From assembly GCA_964645915.1 (NCBI GenBank), contig CAZYDH010000005.1:26294-90293 (forward strand): DNA of 64,000 nucleotides, in the 5' to 3' direction. Within the stretch, counting starts at the first letter, position 1. Every line of letters begins with the position of its first letter. The notes under the pieces are model-generated. The model was not told where the DNA came from. It saw only the letters and a program-made list of their open reading frames with translations, and made no database searches. Source of the stretch: an uncultured bacterium. GTDB lineage: Bacteria > Fidelibacterota > Marinisomatia > Marinisomatales > JACNKV01. Below are positions 29,890 through 40,155 of this stretch, one piece after another. The translations under genes were made by a program, and so were the position numbers.

Positions 29890-30810
29890 CTACCGGAAAA
29901 GTAAAATTATAAACAGAATATAACCCGTGATCAATATCAAAGAACTAATACGCGAGACCGGTTGTTTCATTTTTCCTAAAGGAATTAATATTAATCCAAA
30001 GGCGATCATAAAAGGGATTTCAAGGTAGAGAATGTTGATCGGTGATATTAAAGGTTTAATCAAGGATACTATCCCAAGGACTGAAAGAATATTAAAAAGA
30101 TTGGATCCGACAATATTTCCAACAGAAATAGCACTTTCTTTACGAAATGCTGCTATAGCAGAAGTCGCTAATTCTGGAAGTGAAGTACCAAATGCAACAA
30201 CACTCATCCCAATGACAGCTTCACTGACTCCAAGTCGTTTAGCAATTCCGATGGCACCATCAACAAATATATCCGCACCATAATAAAGTGCCACACAACC
30301 GATTATAAATATTGGTACTGTCCATTTTGTTGTTGAAATGACATCACCAACCGATTCTACACGACGAGAAGGGTGCATAATACAGTATACCGTATATAAA
30401 ACAACCCCAATAAATAGGATAAGTCCTTCTATGCGAGATATACTGCCATTTAATATAAAGAAAATAAAAATCAGGGAAACGACGAGATAGATGTAAATAT
30501 CCCTTTTAGATCGCTCAAAATGAATTGTGATCGGAAATATCAACGAACTAATTCCCAGAACCAATCCTACATTTGCAACATTCGATCCAATAACGTTTCC
30601 TATAGCGATTGTTGATGATCCTGAAATTGCAGCTTTTAAACTGACAACTAATTCAGGGAGAGAAGTTCCAAAAGCAACAATAGTTAATCCAACAACCAAT
30701 GGAGATAATTGGTATTTTCCTGCGATTGTAACCGAACTTTTTACGATCCATTCGGCTCCGTAATAAAGCAACACTGTACCAACAATTAATGATATAATAT
30801 CAATTAACAT
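29890..30810 (-). CDS. Ca2+/Na+ antiporter (CaCA family, YrbG-like)
   Basis: Two alpha-repeats: AFGTSLPELVVS...GNVIGSNVANVGLVLG and AFGTSLPELATS...GNIVGSNLFNILSVLG. Confidence 0.85.
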   Translation of the reverse strand: MLIDIISLIVGTVLLYYGAEWIVKSSVTIAGKYQLSPLVVGLTIVAFGTSLPELVVSLKAAISGSSTIAIGNVIGSNVANVGLVLGISSLIFPITIHFERSKRDIYIYLVVSLIFIFFILNGSISRIEGLILFIGVVLYTVYCIMHPSRRVESVGDVISTTKWTVPIFIIGCVALYYGADIFVDGAIGIAKRLGVSEAVIGMSVVAFGTSLPELATSAIAAFRKESAISVGNIVGSNLFNILSVLGIVSLIKPLISPINILYLEIPFMIAFGLILIPLGKMKQPVSRISSLILITGYILFIILLFR

Positions 30811-31397
30811 TCGTTCGAATATAAATTGTGTTCATTAATATATTCCCAGACTGGTTGAGTGACCATATATCGTATTGTTTTATCTTCAACCCAGCGTTTT
30901 CTTATTTGAGTTGATGATATCTCAAAACGTGGAATATTTGCAAACTGGATATGATGTAATATCCAATTTGGAATAATACTTGGTTTAAAACCGGGTCTAA
31001 TAGCAACAATTACCGTGCATTCTTGTAATATACTCTTTGGTTCTTTCCAATTGTGAAAATCTAATAGAGTGTCACTTCCTATTAAAAAATAAATCTCTTC
31101 TTTTTTAAGATTAAGTTCACTTTTAATAGTTCGAATTGTATCAATAGAATATGAAATTCCACCTCTTTTAATCTCAAGGTCATTTAATTCAAAATGAGGA
31201 TTATCTGCAATTGCTGAACTCAACATATTTACTCGGTGATCTACCTGAGTGATTTCTTTTGTTTTTTTATGAGGCGGATAGTTTGCAGGAATAAAGAATA
31301 TTTTTTCAAACTCTTCAGCTTCACAAATAGTCTGAGCTATCAATAAGTGCCCCACATGTGGTGGATCAAATGTTCCTCCAAATAAACAAATTTTCAT
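30804..31397 (-). CDS. nadD: Nicotinate-nucleotide adenylyltransferase
   Basis: LFGGTFDPPHVGHL and ISSTQIR motifs. Confidence 0.9.
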   Translation of the reverse strand: MKICLFGGTFDPPHVGHLLIAQTICEAEEFEKIFFIPANYPPHKKTKEITQVDHRVNMLSSAIADNPHFELNDLEIKRGGISYSIDTIRTIKSELNLKKEEIYFLIGSDTLLDFHNWKEPKSILQECTVIVAIRPGFKPSIIPNWILHHIQFANIPRFEISSTQIRKRWVEDKTIRYMVTQPVWEYINEHNLYSNEC

Positions 31398-32173
31398 TAT
31401 TTCTTTCGACTCAATTTTTTTTCAGTTTTTAAAAGAAGCAATTTGATTTCTTCTTTTGTTTCTTTATCGAATTGACTATTTGTTTTGTCATAATATTCGT
31501 TTGCAGCAATCAGGTCCGGCAACTTACAATACGATTCAATAATCTTTTGATGTGAATCTTTTACAAGAGGTGTATCATAATATTGATTTAATAACTCTTC
31601 AAAGGAGACAATTGCAGAATCATAAGCACCTAATTTCATATACAATATACCTGTTTCATAAACTTTAGTCGCTAATTTGATTCTTAGATCCGAGATTGTA
31701 TCATGGGCATCTGAACGAAATTCGGAATCTGGATACTCTTCCATAAATTCCTGTAATTTATCAATGGCATGCTGCGTATAAGATTGATCGTGATAATATT
31801 TTGGCGATTCAAACACATATGATTCACAAATTCGCCACCTTGCTTTTTCAACAAAAGAACTGAATCCCATACGGCGTGATAAACGATCATACTCTGCGAT
31901 AGCAAGTAAATATTCTTTATTCAAAAAATAAGACTCTCCTAAATAGAATAATACTTCATCACCAATATCAGTATGGGATGCTTTCATTACCAAAGATTGA
32001 AATATCGTTTGAGCTTTGAGATATTTTTTCTTCTCTAATAACGTTTTACCATATTCTAATTGTCCGTTATAATCATCTTCTTTTGGTTGGTTGCTTGCAC
32101 ATCCAATAAATAGTACACTAATTATACCGATCAGTATATATTTTCTCATTTCATTCCTTTCAATACTTACCAT
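31397..32173 (-). CDS. bamD: Outer-membrane protein assembly factor BamD-like TPR lipoprotein
   Basis: Lipobox VLFIGC|AS, TPR-like repeats and about 258 aa. Typical BamD size and composition. Confidence 0.7.
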   Translation of the reverse strand: MVSIERNEMRKYILIGIISVLFIGCASNQPKEDDYNGQLEYGKTLLEKKKYLKAQTIFQSLVMKASHTDIGDEVLFYLGESYFLNKEYLLAIAEYDRLSRRMGFSSFVEKARWRICESYVFESPKYYHDQSYTQHAIDKLQEFMEEYPDSEFRSDAHDTISDLRIKLATKVYETGILYMKLGAYDSAIVSFEELLNQYYDTPLVKDSHQKIIESYCKLPDLIAANEYYDKTNSQFDKETKEEIKLLLLKTEKKLSRKK

Positions 32174-33069
32174 ACCATTGAAAATGATACACCACCGATT
32201 CCGTATGGTGCTGATTTATTATACATTAAACCAAGTGATGTATCCAATTTCTTTTTCTCATTATTCCGTCCTGCAGTCCACACTGCTTCCAACGCACTGA
32301 CCACATGATTAAACAACACAGCACTTACTGCATATGAAGCCATATTCAAATACGTATTTGTATCCTCTCTTTGATTTAGATAGTCGTTTTTATTATGTGT
32401 AATAATAATAATTTTATATCCATCTTCTACTTCCTTTTCCTCTTTCCACCATAATGCTGTAGAGTCCGATTCCCACGTGTCATCCCATCCGGCAACAAAT
32501 CTATCATACTTCCCTATATTTTCATAAAAGTCTCTGTTCCTTAATACCATAACTCCTTGATCAAGAAGAAGGCTTCCTTGCGGCGTTGCAAGGGTGTCAG
32601 AGGATATATAAGTTCCTTGATAAATGAGTGTCAAATCATGAGATCCACCACTTAGGGAAATGTCCTGTAGAGAAGTATCAGCATGTAAATCTTCAAAGAG
32701 TAGTGTACCGAAATACCAATCCGACAGGTTCCAATGATCATCAGCAAAAGATTCATATTTTATGCGTAGATCTTCGGCTTTTTGATTCAATTCCCACCAT
32801 GCAACAATACCCGCGATTTCCACACCTGCAAAAACAACTGGTTTCCACCAACTATCCTTATTATAAATTTGTCCCCATCCCGGAACGACTAAAGAACGAA
32901 TCATTGCTTGAGCAGGATACATAATATTTGCAGTATCTTTTGTATTATTGATTGTATCCGGTTCAAGATATTCAAAATCCATAGCTGCAAAACGATTATC
33001 AAATGAAGATAACACATCCTCTGCAAAACTAACAGATATGATTAATAGTATTACGAAAAGTATTTTCAT
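32167..33069 (-). CDS. Secreted hypothetical protein with a PGWGQIYN motif (DUF5683-like)
   Basis: Signal peptide MKILFVILLIISVSFA, the motif SLVVPGWGQIYNK that I associate with DUF5683 of Bacteroidota, and a C-terminal aromatic residue (..FSMVW). Confidence 0.5.
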   Translation of the reverse strand: MKILFVILLIISVSFAEDVLSSFDNRFAAMDFEYLEPDTINNTKDTANIMYPAQAMIRSLVVPGWGQIYNKDSWWKPVVFAGVEIAGIVAWWELNQKAEDLRIKYESFADDHWNLSDWYFGTLLFEDLHADTSLQDISLSGGSHDLTLIYQGTYISSDTLATPQGSLLLDQGVMVLRNRDFYENIGKYDRFVAGWDDTWESDSTALWWKEEKEVEDGYKIIIITHNKNDYLNQREDTNTYLNMASYAVSAVLFNHVVSALEAVWTAGRNNEKKKLDTSLGLMYNKSAPYGIGGVSFSMVW

Positions 33070-33093
33070 AGAAGTCTCCTTATCATTTATCTA

Positions 33094-36030
33094 TTAAAAT
33101 CCAAATAGCATGGTAAAATACCATCGAATATTCTGACCGTATGAATATGACAATTTTTCAAATTTATCTATCCCATAATGAGCTTCTAATCCTATTGCTG
33201 TAGGGTAATTATAAAATGAAAAACCATTCAAACGCCATTGAATTCCTACACTTTTTTTCCAGTCGGGATTTGAAGTTGTCCAAGCATCTCCAAATTGCCC
33301 TATCAAACCTATTACACTGTTTTGTGCAATGAACCAACCTAGTTGGTAATGTTTTTGATAGAATATAGGTATTCTAAAATCTAATTCTGTAATAACTTTA
33401 TTTGTTCCTTCGATGCTATAGTATGAATACCCTTGTATTCCATCCAAGCCACCTGCAAAATAATTAAAAAACGAATCAACTTTTGTAAAATTAATCAACC
33501 CTAAATCGGTATCCAGAGTAATCGTCCATCTGTTTGTTCCCGGTACTTCCCAGTGATATGAACCCGATAGGTCCATGCGTAAATAATCATTGTCACTAAA
33601 GGCTTCGATAAGAGTTCCAGCATCTGATAGATCAAGCCCTGTAATAAATTCATTATTCTCATACGCGATATCTGCTTCAAGAGAAAAGCCATTTGAAGGA
33701 TTGATATTACTATCAAAACGATGTTTAGAGGCTTGCATCTTCCATTTTAATCCTGTGACGACACCTCTATAGTAATCATACGCGAGACCACCTTGAAGAT
33801 TTTCTGTAGGAATATTTTGTTTGATATGTGCACGATATCGTTGCCACATTGAGTACAACTCAATTGAAGAAATACCCAAGATAGGAAGTTTCAAACCACC
33901 CTTAAAAGCTATCATTCGGAATTTTAAATTATCATCAATTGGATAAACACCTCTCCAATCAAACTTATCCGTTTTATTACGAGTCAGGTAATACACTTCA
34001 GTAAACAGAGTCGGATATAATCTTTTAAATTCAAACAAAAAGAATAAGTCTAAATCTCCAAGTGAATTAACCGATGCTCCTCCAAACAGTGATAGTCTTT
34101 GAAGAACTTCACTTGAATAAAAGAAGAATCCGGGTTTTAGAGTTCCATAGTCAACCATGAGTTTTGGCATTATAAACATTGGAGGAAACGCATCATTATA
34201 CATTTTCGCTTCTGAAAAATCCTTTTTGTCAATATATGGAGCTACATTTAGATGTTTGATATCTGAGTTTTGAGGATATCCTACTATTTCAATAGGGAAT
34301 AATTGAATACTATCTAAGAATGCAATAGTATACTTTCCATCTTTATATAATGAATAAACTACTTGACCATTCTTATTGATATCGGGCATAAATGCACCGC
34401 CCATTACGTTTGTACAGTAAGCACTTTCACCAGAATCTATATTCAAATAAGATAAATTAAAAATACCATTTTGATCATCAACGTAAAGTAACTCAGTTTC
34501 TGAAATTGCAACTGGATCTCTTTCATCCCATTCTTGATTTGCTAATTCAGTAATTTCACCATTATTTGTTAATGAAATCGATGAAATATTACGAAAATGA
34601 TTTAGAGTATAATCTACTAATATTGTCGAGTTGTCAGAAGAAATTGATACAGAATGTAAAATTCGATGGTCTTTATAGTTTGTGATTTGTTTGATTTCAT
34701 CAGTTTTCAAATCGAATGTCGAAATATTTTGAATACCATCTAGTGTAGAGATAAATGCTATACTGCTATCTTTCTCTATATAAACTGGAGAAAAAGCACG
34801 AGTACCAAAAGTAAGTCGTTTCTCTTCTTCATTTACGACATCATACTCAAATAAATCAAAATATTTTGATCCATTTTTATCCGGATATTTTGGTTTCTTT
34901 GAATAATATAAATACTTCCCAGATATTCCCCATGTTACTGCACTTTTTATACTTGAGGTGATTTTATTTTGCTCTTTAGAATCTATTGTGTAAATAAAAA
35001 GATCGGTTTGTGAAAAATAATCATTTTCCTGATTAGAGATGAATGCAAATTGATTACCGTCCGGAGACCATACGGGATGTAGATTTGCAGTGCCTTCTGA
35101 AATTAATACTTCCCCCTCTAATTTATTCGGACCTATAAATTGTTCTACAGGAGTATATTTTTTCCCTAAGTCAATTATAAATTGATCATACAATTGATTG
35201 GAATTAATTCCAATTGAGTTTTGTATTGCTTTATTTACGGAAAAATTAATTGGAGAGGATAGTTCATTCATTATGTTTTTTAAAGCATCAGACCCATATT
35301 GCTTTGCAATGTAATTACATAAAGCATAACCTGAATTATAGGTCGATTCATTTCCTATTCCCTTTTTACCAAAGGTATTCATTTCTGTAAATGACAATAA
35401 ATTATTATTGAGATATCTGTCTCTTAGGATCATATCTCGATGTGAATCCCATAAATCCCAGGTAGCTTCATCATACATATATTGAGCAGTTCCTTCAGCT
35501 AACCATGGAGGGATAATCGTTCCGGGAATTGGAAAGCTTGCTAGAGTATTTGGATATCCATATAAAACATCTTTTCTTTTCTCCTTTTCATATCCCATCC
35601 ATTGTAAATACCCGCCAGGGATATTTTTTCCATATTTCATGGCGACCTGGATTGAGATAATATGTGTGAACTCATGAGTAATTACGTTTTGGAGCCAACG
35701 ATGACTCCCTCGTAATTCAAAATCTAATGGTGATGTCCAGATATATATTTTATTGTCATAATAATAAGCCATACCGTTTGAAAAATCATCGGTATCAAGA
35801 AAAACAATATGAGTTTTTGATGGTGGCTCATAGTCATATAATTCGGTGACAAATGGATAAATTTGTTCGGCTATGTATGCTCCTTCACGGGCAGATTGTT
35901 CAGTTCCATCATAAAAATGAACTGAAAAATGGTCCGTTTCGATTGTTTTCCAATCGATCTCAGGGTGATTATACTCAACCTGTGAGAATAAAAAAGAAGT
36001 AAAAAAGAAAAAATGTAAATAACGATTCAT
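33094..36030 (-). CDS. Large envelope protein: HExxH metalloprotease-like N-domain, TolB-type beta-propeller repeats and a C-terminal beta-barrel-like region
   Basis: Signal-like N-terminus, HEFTH at 35662-35676, and PD40-like repeats (HPVWSPDGNQFAFIS, AFSPVYIEKDSSIAFIS). The C-terminus ends in alternating hydrophobics ...WYFTMLFGF, with the terminal Phe typical of OMPs. Confidence 0.7.
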   Translation of the reverse strand: MNRYLHFFFFTSFLFSQVEYNHPEIDWKTIETDHFSVHFYDGTEQSAREGAYIAEQIYPFVTELYDYEPPSKTHIVFLDTDDFSNGMAYYYDNKIYIWTSPLDFELRGSHRWLQNVITHEFTHIISIQVAMKYGKNIPGGYLQWMGYEKEKRKDVLYGYPNTLASFPIPGTIIPPWLAEGTAQYMYDEATWDLWDSHRDMILRDRYLNNNLLSFTEMNTFGKKGIGNESTYNSGYALCNYIAKQYGSDALKNIMNELSSPINFSVNKAIQNSIGINSNQLYDQFIIDLGKKYTPVEQFIGPNKLEGEVLISEGTANLHPVWSPDGNQFAFISNQENDYFSQTDLFIYTIDSKEQNKITSSIKSAVTWGISGKYLYYSKKPKYPDKNGSKYFDLFEYDVVNEEEKRLTFGTRAFSPVYIEKDSSIAFISTLDGIQNISTFDLKTDEIKQITNYKDHRILHSVSISSDNSTILVDYTLNHFRNISSISLTNNGEITELANQEWDERDPVAISETELLYVDDQNGIFNLSYLNIDSGESAYCTNVMGGAFMPDINKNGQVVYSLYKDGKYTIAFLDSIQLFPIEIVGYPQNSDIKHLNVAPYIDKKDFSEAKMYNDAFPPMFIMPKLMVDYGTLKPGFFFYSSEVLQRLSLFGGASVNSLGDLDLFFLFEFKRLYPTLFTEVYYLTRNKTDKFDWRGVYPIDDNLKFRMIAFKGGLKLPILGISSIELYSMWQRYRAHIKQNIPTENLQGGLAYDYYRGVVTGLKWKMQASKHRFDSNINPSNGFSLEADIAYENNEFITGLDLSDAGTLIEAFSDNDYLRMDLSGSYHWEVPGTNRWTITLDTDLGLINFTKVDSFFNYFAGGLDGIQGYSYYSIEGTNKVITELDFRIPIFYQKHYQLGWFIAQNSVIGLIGQFGDAWTTSNPDWKKSVGIQWRLNGFSFYNYPTAIGLEAHYGIDKFEKLSYSYGQNIRWYFTMLFGF

Positions 36031-38786
36031 TAATGTATTACAGCTATTTTTATCACTTTAGATTGAGAATCCCTCATGTTTTTTGCAGTTACATTGGCAA
36101 AATACACACCCGATTCAACATCTTCCACATTCCAGATAACCTCATTAGGAAATCCTTTTACCGGATTTGTAATAGTTAAGGTTTCTACATAAAATCCAGC
36201 CAGATTGTATATTTTAATTTCTATCGTTTCTGCGGACTCACATTGTATTCGTAATTTTACCTCGTCATCATAAACCGGATTAGGGTATGCATAACTTAGA
36301 TCATTGACAAATAAAGTTGTTTGAACATCTTTTGTTAAATATTTGAGATGAACAGAACGCGAGTGAAATGAATCTCCATTGTATAAAGACCACTCATTTC
36401 CTTGCGAATCGCTTACTTCATCAAATTTCCACAAATATGTTGATGTTGAGATATATCCGAATTGATCAATTTTACCTACATAAACAACCTCGTCATTATC
36501 AAAACTTGTTAATTGATAAATAATTTCTCCAACGGAATTAAAAATAAATATCTTATTACCATTTTTAGATTTTATTACAACTTCAGGATGTGGATCGCCA
36601 ATGATATTATTTACGAATATCTTTGAATCAAACGAACCAACAATTGGAAAACCCGGTAACAGATTTAAATTCTTGTCATATGCGTATAAATTACCACCTA
36701 TATCGCTTAGTAGTATGTCAACATGTCCATCAAGATTTAAATCTGATGCAACAACCGATTTATACTGCGCTCCGTCTAATGTATTTATTACCGTTCCATT
36801 TTTTGAAATATGGATTCCATCAACACTTGTTGATACCCATAGTGTATCTTCTGAATCTATTAAAGTCACTTCTTGTTGATAGAGATCAAGTTCCTCAACA
36901 GTTAATGAATCATACGATCCTGAAAATATATTATTTACGATCACTATCGGTTCACTTAACTGTCCGGATGTTTCTGTCATTATCATATTATTCGTATTAG
37001 AATCAAATTCAAAATGATAAAGATGTGGATCGTCAAATGTTGAAATTATATTCTTATAAGGTTCATCTGGGTGATTGGATTGTGTTAGAAATATTTTTCC
37101 TGTATAATTAAAATTGTCATTATCCACTTTAAAATAGTATTTATTTTCAAGATCTTCTAATGATGCCCACCATAATACGTTTTCTCCACCAATAATATCT
37201 TTAATACCATCATTATTTATATCACATATTGAATGAACATTAACCAGTGAATCAGGAAATCCATCAACTAATAATGAATTTGATATTGTAAACGACATTG
37301 TATCGTTCGGTAATGAGATATTCTCAATCTTCAAAAACGTCGATGCTCCATTATTCGATTCGGTATTTGGGAAGGAGTAGGGTCCAAAAGCAGGATAACC
37401 TCCACCATTTATACTTTCATACTCATAATTTCCTTTAAACCACATATCTCCAAAATATCCACTGGTTGGATCAAAAAACATATGAATATTTTGATATCCT
37501 ATATCTTGTGCACCATCTGCTTCTTCAAGATCAACCCCTTTACTTTCTCTATCAACATTGATTGAGTACCAATCCTCGGTAGATTCGATAATTGATTCAT
37601 CAATATGCCATATCAGTAAGCCTGAAGCAGGAAGTCCACTATCATAATTTGGAATAGAAGTAATGACTTTATTTTCATCATACTCGATATCCACTGAGTC
37701 AAGTAAAACGGTATATAATCCGGGATATGTACCCGTATCCTCCCATATCGTGTATCGAGTTGAATCAATATTTATATTTTCTTTATACCAATTATTACGA
37801 TGCTCTATCAAAAAATATTCATTCTGATTGATTTGTAATTGCAATATTGAATTACTGATATTTCTGGCAGGGAGTAATATTTCTGAAGGCGCTTGTACAA
37901 CAATCGGATCAACCCATCCTGCCCATTTTCGTGTCCAAGCATCAGGTGGAGAAGGAATAAGTCCATTCCCATTATTAGATCCTTGATCCATTAATCCAAA
38001 AACACCAATTCCACTTTCTCCCGTTTCAGTGTTCCATAATGGCGGAAGTCCTACTGCAAACCCAAGCATCAACGCAAACGTTCCTGTCAAACCAAACTGA
38101 TACTGACAAGGATCAGAACTCGAAGAAAAGATTGATTCGGTTTCTGGGTATAGTAAATGATTTTGAGTCTCCGGTAGGATGATCCCATGTTCTACACCAA
38201 AAAGCGATGTACCTAACATATCTCTATCAATATAAGTCGATGGTATATCATTTGGGGTGGGATCTAAAGTAGGCAATGAAAAATCTTGTCCGATCCCTGC
38301 ATGAAATACTACAACAATATCATATTGATCAAAAGAAACAGATTCAGCAGCCGTTAAAGCATCACGAAATAATTGTGTGATCCTTTCTTCTTTAACCTCA
38401 TCCGTTTCATTATACGGATTATACCACGACATTTCATTAGGTAAAGTAAACACATTATCTGAATCTTCCGGATAGATGGTAGAAGACTCTAAATCAATAC
38501 CAAACACTTGATTTGACACATCACGGAAATAATTATCAACTGCTTTTAATTGAGAAAAGAAATATTCTCGATCATGTGGAGGTGGATCAATAGTATAATC
38601 TCCACATTCATTTGAGTTAGCAGATAAAAGGAAATGTCCGTTTCCGGTGGTACCTTCTTCTTCATCTAAGTTGAATTCTACACGAAGTACCGCGATTTTT
38701 AAATAACCGGTAATCGATTCTGAGAATAAAGGTGTTAGAAAAACGAGCAGAAAGATAAAATATATCCTGCTTTTTACTGTATTCAT
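36030..38786 (-). CDS. T9SS-sorted surface protein: M6 (InhA)-like domain without HExxH, FG-GAP/VCBS-like repeats and a C-terminal sorting domain
   Basis: Signal peptide present. KIAVLRVEF, VVVFHAGIGQD and YFLIEHRNN resemble the M6 family, but the site expected to be HEFGHDLGLPDxY reads ALMLGFAVGLPPLW (38034-38075). Also DINNDGIKDII and DLNLDGHVDILL. The last ~85 aa (YPNPV...SGVYFANV...KIAVIH) are a typical T9SS CTD. Confidence 0.75.
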   Translation of the reverse strand: MNTVKSRIYFIFLLVFLTPLFSESITGYLKIAVLRVEFNLDEEEGTTGNGHFLLSANSNECGDYTIDPPPHDREYFFSQLKAVDNYFRDVSNQVFGIDLESSTIYPEDSDNVFTLPNEMSWYNPYNETDEVKEERITQLFRDALTAAESVSFDQYDIVVVFHAGIGQDFSLPTLDPTPNDIPSTYIDRDMLGTSLFGVEHGIILPETQNHLLYPETESIFSSSSDPCQYQFGLTGTFALMLGFAVGLPPLWNTETGESGIGVFGLMDQGSNNGNGLIPSPPDAWTRKWAGWVDPIVVQAPSEILLPARNISNSILQLQINQNEYFLIEHRNNWYKENINIDSTRYTIWEDTGTYPGLYTVLLDSVDIEYDENKVITSIPNYDSGLPASGLLIWHIDESIIESTEDWYSINVDRESKGVDLEEADGAQDIGYQNIHMFFDPTSGYFGDMWFKGNYEYESINGGGYPAFGPYSFPNTESNNGASTFLKIENISLPNDTMSFTISNSLLVDGFPDSLVNVHSICDINNDGIKDIIGGENVLWWASLEDLENKYYFKVDNDNFNYTGKIFLTQSNHPDEPYKNIISTFDDPHLYHFEFDSNTNNMIMTETSGQLSEPIVIVNNIFSGSYDSLTVEELDLYQQEVTLIDSEDTLWVSTSVDGIHISKNGTVINTLDGAQYKSVVASDLNLDGHVDILLSDIGGNLYAYDKNLNLLPGFPIVGSFDSKIFVNNIIGDPHPEVVIKSKNGNKIFIFNSVGEIIYQLTSFDNDEVVYVGKIDQFGYISTSTYLWKFDEVSDSQGNEWSLYNGDSFHSRSVHLKYLTKDVQTTLFVNDLSYAYPNPVYDDEVKLRIQCESAETIEIKIYNLAGFYVETLTITNPVKGFPNEVIWNVEDVESGVYFANVTAKNMRDSQSKVIKIAVIH

Positions 38787-38805
38787 TTTTATACTTAGTT
38801 AAATG

Positions 38806-40155
38806 TTAAAATGCCCAGTTCAATGAAAATCTCATTGTATTTGTCAGCGGATGACCCACTTCACCGGACGTATACCCAAAATCAAAACCGTATTCACCAA
38901 ATCGAAGGCCAACACCTACCGTTGGATTTGCAATTTTACCCGTTTTATCGTAGTAAAAACCTCCTCTTAAAGCGAAGTATTCTGAATACCAATATTCAAG
39001 TCCTATATTATGAATTAACTTATCTATCTCATTTTTAATTGTACGTTTTTTTGCTTGACCTACTTCAAGTTGACCATATTCGTTATATCTACCCCAATCC
39101 TCATCTCCGGGAATTTCACCTGACCTAACCATCTCTCCCTCATTTGGACTACCATCGTGATTGATGTCATCATCCCATGCATACCCACCTATTATTCCAT
39201 CTGCGGAGCGATTATCGATGGATAGATCTTTATCACCACCAAGTAGCCAATCATCAATCCAAGATGTAAATATAGCGATATATATTGGATCAGTGTGATG
39301 TGTTTCTTGTTGACCCTCTCGATTATATTCTCCATTCGGATTTTCATATCCTTCTTTGTCATATCTCCCAATATATCCGTCACCATCCCAATCCATATTC
39401 GGATATGATGCCACTAACATTTTATTCACATCATATACAATGCTTAGTTTATTATATTCGGTATCGATCAAACGATAATTTATCCCAAGTGATAAATTTG
39501 TTGGTTGGGGGTCAGCTTGAGCCGGATCAATAAATGCTACTTTTGGTCCGATATTTGTTATAGTAGCCGCTACATCAAGATCAGGGATTAAAAATTGTTT
39601 TCTAAGGTAACCGACGTCAAAACCAAAATCTATTGAAGTTCCTTTCCCCTTTTCAGCCCCAGCTCCATATTCTGTTAAATGTTGGTAGGATATCTTTGCA
39701 TTGAGTCCAAAAGAAGATTTTTCAGATAATAATGATCCATAAGAAACTGTGGTTGCCATCATAAAACTTGTGAATACACCTTGATAATCATCAGGATGAT
39801 CTCCCATCCTAATTTGTTCTCCGAGGTTTAAATAAATAATATGACCACCTAAAGTACCAATAAATGGAATATGTCTACGAAATGCAAAAAAGTCATAATA
39901 GAGGTCTTCTGCCAAGTTCGGTAACCAGTTGACATGCATCATGGCAACTTCTGTTCCTTCGAGAAAACCTAATCCGGCCGGATTCCAGTAACTTGCGTAA
40001 GCGTCATTAGCAATAGCGGTTTGTGCTTCTCCCATTCCTCCTGCCCGTGCACCGGGAGAGATTAAAAGAAATATCGCTCCTGCTTCACCTTGAGCTAATG
40101 ATGTATTCACAAGCGCTGTTACACTAAATATCAACGCGATAAGAAAATGCTTCAT
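38806..40155 (-). CDS. PorV/PorQ-family-like outer-membrane beta-barrel with an acidic insertion
   Basis: Signal peptide, then FLLISPGARAGGMGEAQTAIANDAYASYWNPAGL (family N-terminal signature as recalled) and a C-terminal ...RFSLNWAF. AGGAG lies 8 nt upstream of the ATG. Confidence 0.7.
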   Translation of the reverse strand: MKHFLIALIFSVTALVNTSLAQGEAGAIFLLISPGARAGGMGEAQTAIANDAYASYWNPAGLGFLEGTEVAMMHVNWLPNLAEDLYYDFFAFRRHIPFIGTLGGHIIYLNLGEQIRMGDHPDDYQGVFTSFMMATTVSYGSLLSEKSSFGLNAKISYQHLTEYGAGAEKGKGTSIDFGFDVGYLRKQFLIPDLDVAATITNIGPKVAFIDPAQADPQPTNLSLGINYRLIDTEYNKLSIVYDVNKMLVASYPNMDWDGDGYIGRYDKEGYENPNGEYNREGQQETHHTDPIYIAIFTSWIDDWLLGGDKDLSIDNRSADGIIGGYAWDDDINHDGSPNEGEMVRSGEIPGDEDWGRYNEYGQLEVGQAKKRTIKNEIDKLIHNIGLEYWYSEYFALRGGFYYDKTGKIANPTVGVGLRFGEYGFDFGYTSGEVGHPLTNTMRFSLNWAF

